Shown here: positions 63,220 to 64,000 of the stretch, one piece after another | Layout: every line of letters starts with the position of its first letter | Position numbering within the stretch: the first letter of the stretch is position 1 | NCBI GenBank assembly: GCA_965208535.1 | Contig: CBDBOU010000003.1 | Span: 132,638-196,637, forward strand | Source: Vicinamibacterales bacterium | GTDB taxonomy: Bacteria; Acidobacteriota; Vicinamibacteria; Vicinamibacterales; UBA8438 | Length of the DNA: 64,000 nucleotides | Direction of reading: 5' to 3' | Translations under genes and position numbers: made by a program | Notes under the pieces: model-generated | Seen by the model: the letters and a program-made list of their open reading frames with translations, nothing else | The model's database searches: none | What the model was told of the DNA's origin: nothing

Positions 63220-63224
63220 AAAAT

Positions 63225-63557
63225 CACAAGTATAGGAACGTGCTGGGGCATCTGCCGGAGCGGCTGCACGCCAGCGTCGAGCGGGCGCTGCGCACGGCGT
63301 GGGACCTGCATTCGGAGGCCGGCGCGAAGCGGGCTCTGGAACGTCTGGCCCGCTCGCTCGAGAACGAGCATCCCGGCGCCGCGGCGTCCATCCGCGAGGG
63401 GCTGGACGAGACGCTGACCGTGCTGCGGCTGGGCCTGACGGGGCCGCTGCAGCGGACGCTGCGCACGACGAACATCATCGAGAACCTCAACTCCGGGGTG
63501 GAGCGTTACACGTGCAACGTGAAGCGCTGGCGCAGCGGTCAGATGATTCAACGCTAA
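63225..63557 (+). pseudogene. Second, divergent IS256-family transposase internal fragment
   Basis: HKYRNVLGHLP...LRTTNIIENLN...VKRW, truncated at both ends. Confidence 0.85.
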
Positions 63558-63849
63558 GCTAAGGACGGTGACGGAAACTACGTTGCCACGTTCGCGGGCG
63601 CGAGCCCCGGAATCACGGGCCTGGGGCGTCACGCCAGTTGGCAAAGTTGTATCGATCACTGTCCTAAGGGTCGGCGCAAAAATAACTTCCTAGAAGTGCC
63701 TGTAGTCTCGCTATAGAGCGCACTTGGTCCCGCAACGGTCTTGGCGTCGACCAGTCCCGTCAAAGCAAAGGCTCTCTGGGATTCCGGAGCAGAGGCCGGC
63801 CCAGACTTATGGCATAATTGCGGAAACATGGATCCGCAATGGTGCCACA

Positions 63850-64000
63850 ATGAGACCAACCGAGTTCTCCGTCGACACGATCATCGCCTTGCTCCGCAAG
63901 CAGACCATCGCCACGCTGCCCGAGGTGATGGTGGCTCTCGGCCCCCGCGCCAGCAGGCGCACCGCGTTTCGCAAGCTCAAGGACCTCGACGCCCGGACCA
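63850..64000 (+). CDS. Partial winged-helix protein, possibly the accessory ORF of an ISAzo13-like element
   Basis: QTIATLPEVMVALG...RTAFRKLK; runs off the window edge. Confidence 0.45.
   Translation, partial: MRPTEFSVDTIIALLRKQTIATLPEVMVALGPRASRRTAFRKLKDLDART

Noticed and set aside
63197-63224. dif/Xer site
   Set aside because: Length is similar but there is no XerD arm (TTATGTTAAA-like)

Overview
A high-GC bacterial chromosomal window. Its gene content (kinase-propeller fusion, DUF5916 paralogues, heme c/copper monooxygenase, PQQ propellers) is consistent with Acidobacteriota, though that assignment is inference. Both ends are accessory or defence-like. At 1-7.1 kb there are short ORFs, a translationally coupled beta-class DNA methyltransferase plus a winged-helix Ser/Thr kinase, an IS1595 transposase and a decayed ABC-ATPase remnant. 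At 53.6-64 kb there are a DUF4143 ATPase, a Schlafen/AlbA_2-ATPase with an unusual beta-rich C-terminal extension, higBA with a duplicated higA remnant, and Lon, ApeA-like and IS256 fragments. The core holds P450, GGT, vapBC, a lexA-imuA-imuB-dnaE2 mutagenesis cassette, a GldAFG-like ABC system, a split leucine operon (leuCD / lysR ... leuAB) interrupted by an intact IS with a 6-bp target duplication and a TonB-receptor block, and tandem DUF5916 genes. A 166-bp MITE family occurs intergenically and in frame inside coding sequences (TonB receptor signal peptide, DnaE2). Several genes have their terminal codons duplicated in tandem. No rRNA, tRNA or true CRISPR array was recognised. The strongest candidates for an undescribed system are the MTase + wHTH-kinase pair (2426-4259) and the Schlafen-ATPase-Ig-like protein (55931-57694). 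All family assignments come from motif recognition by eye; no database searches were run.
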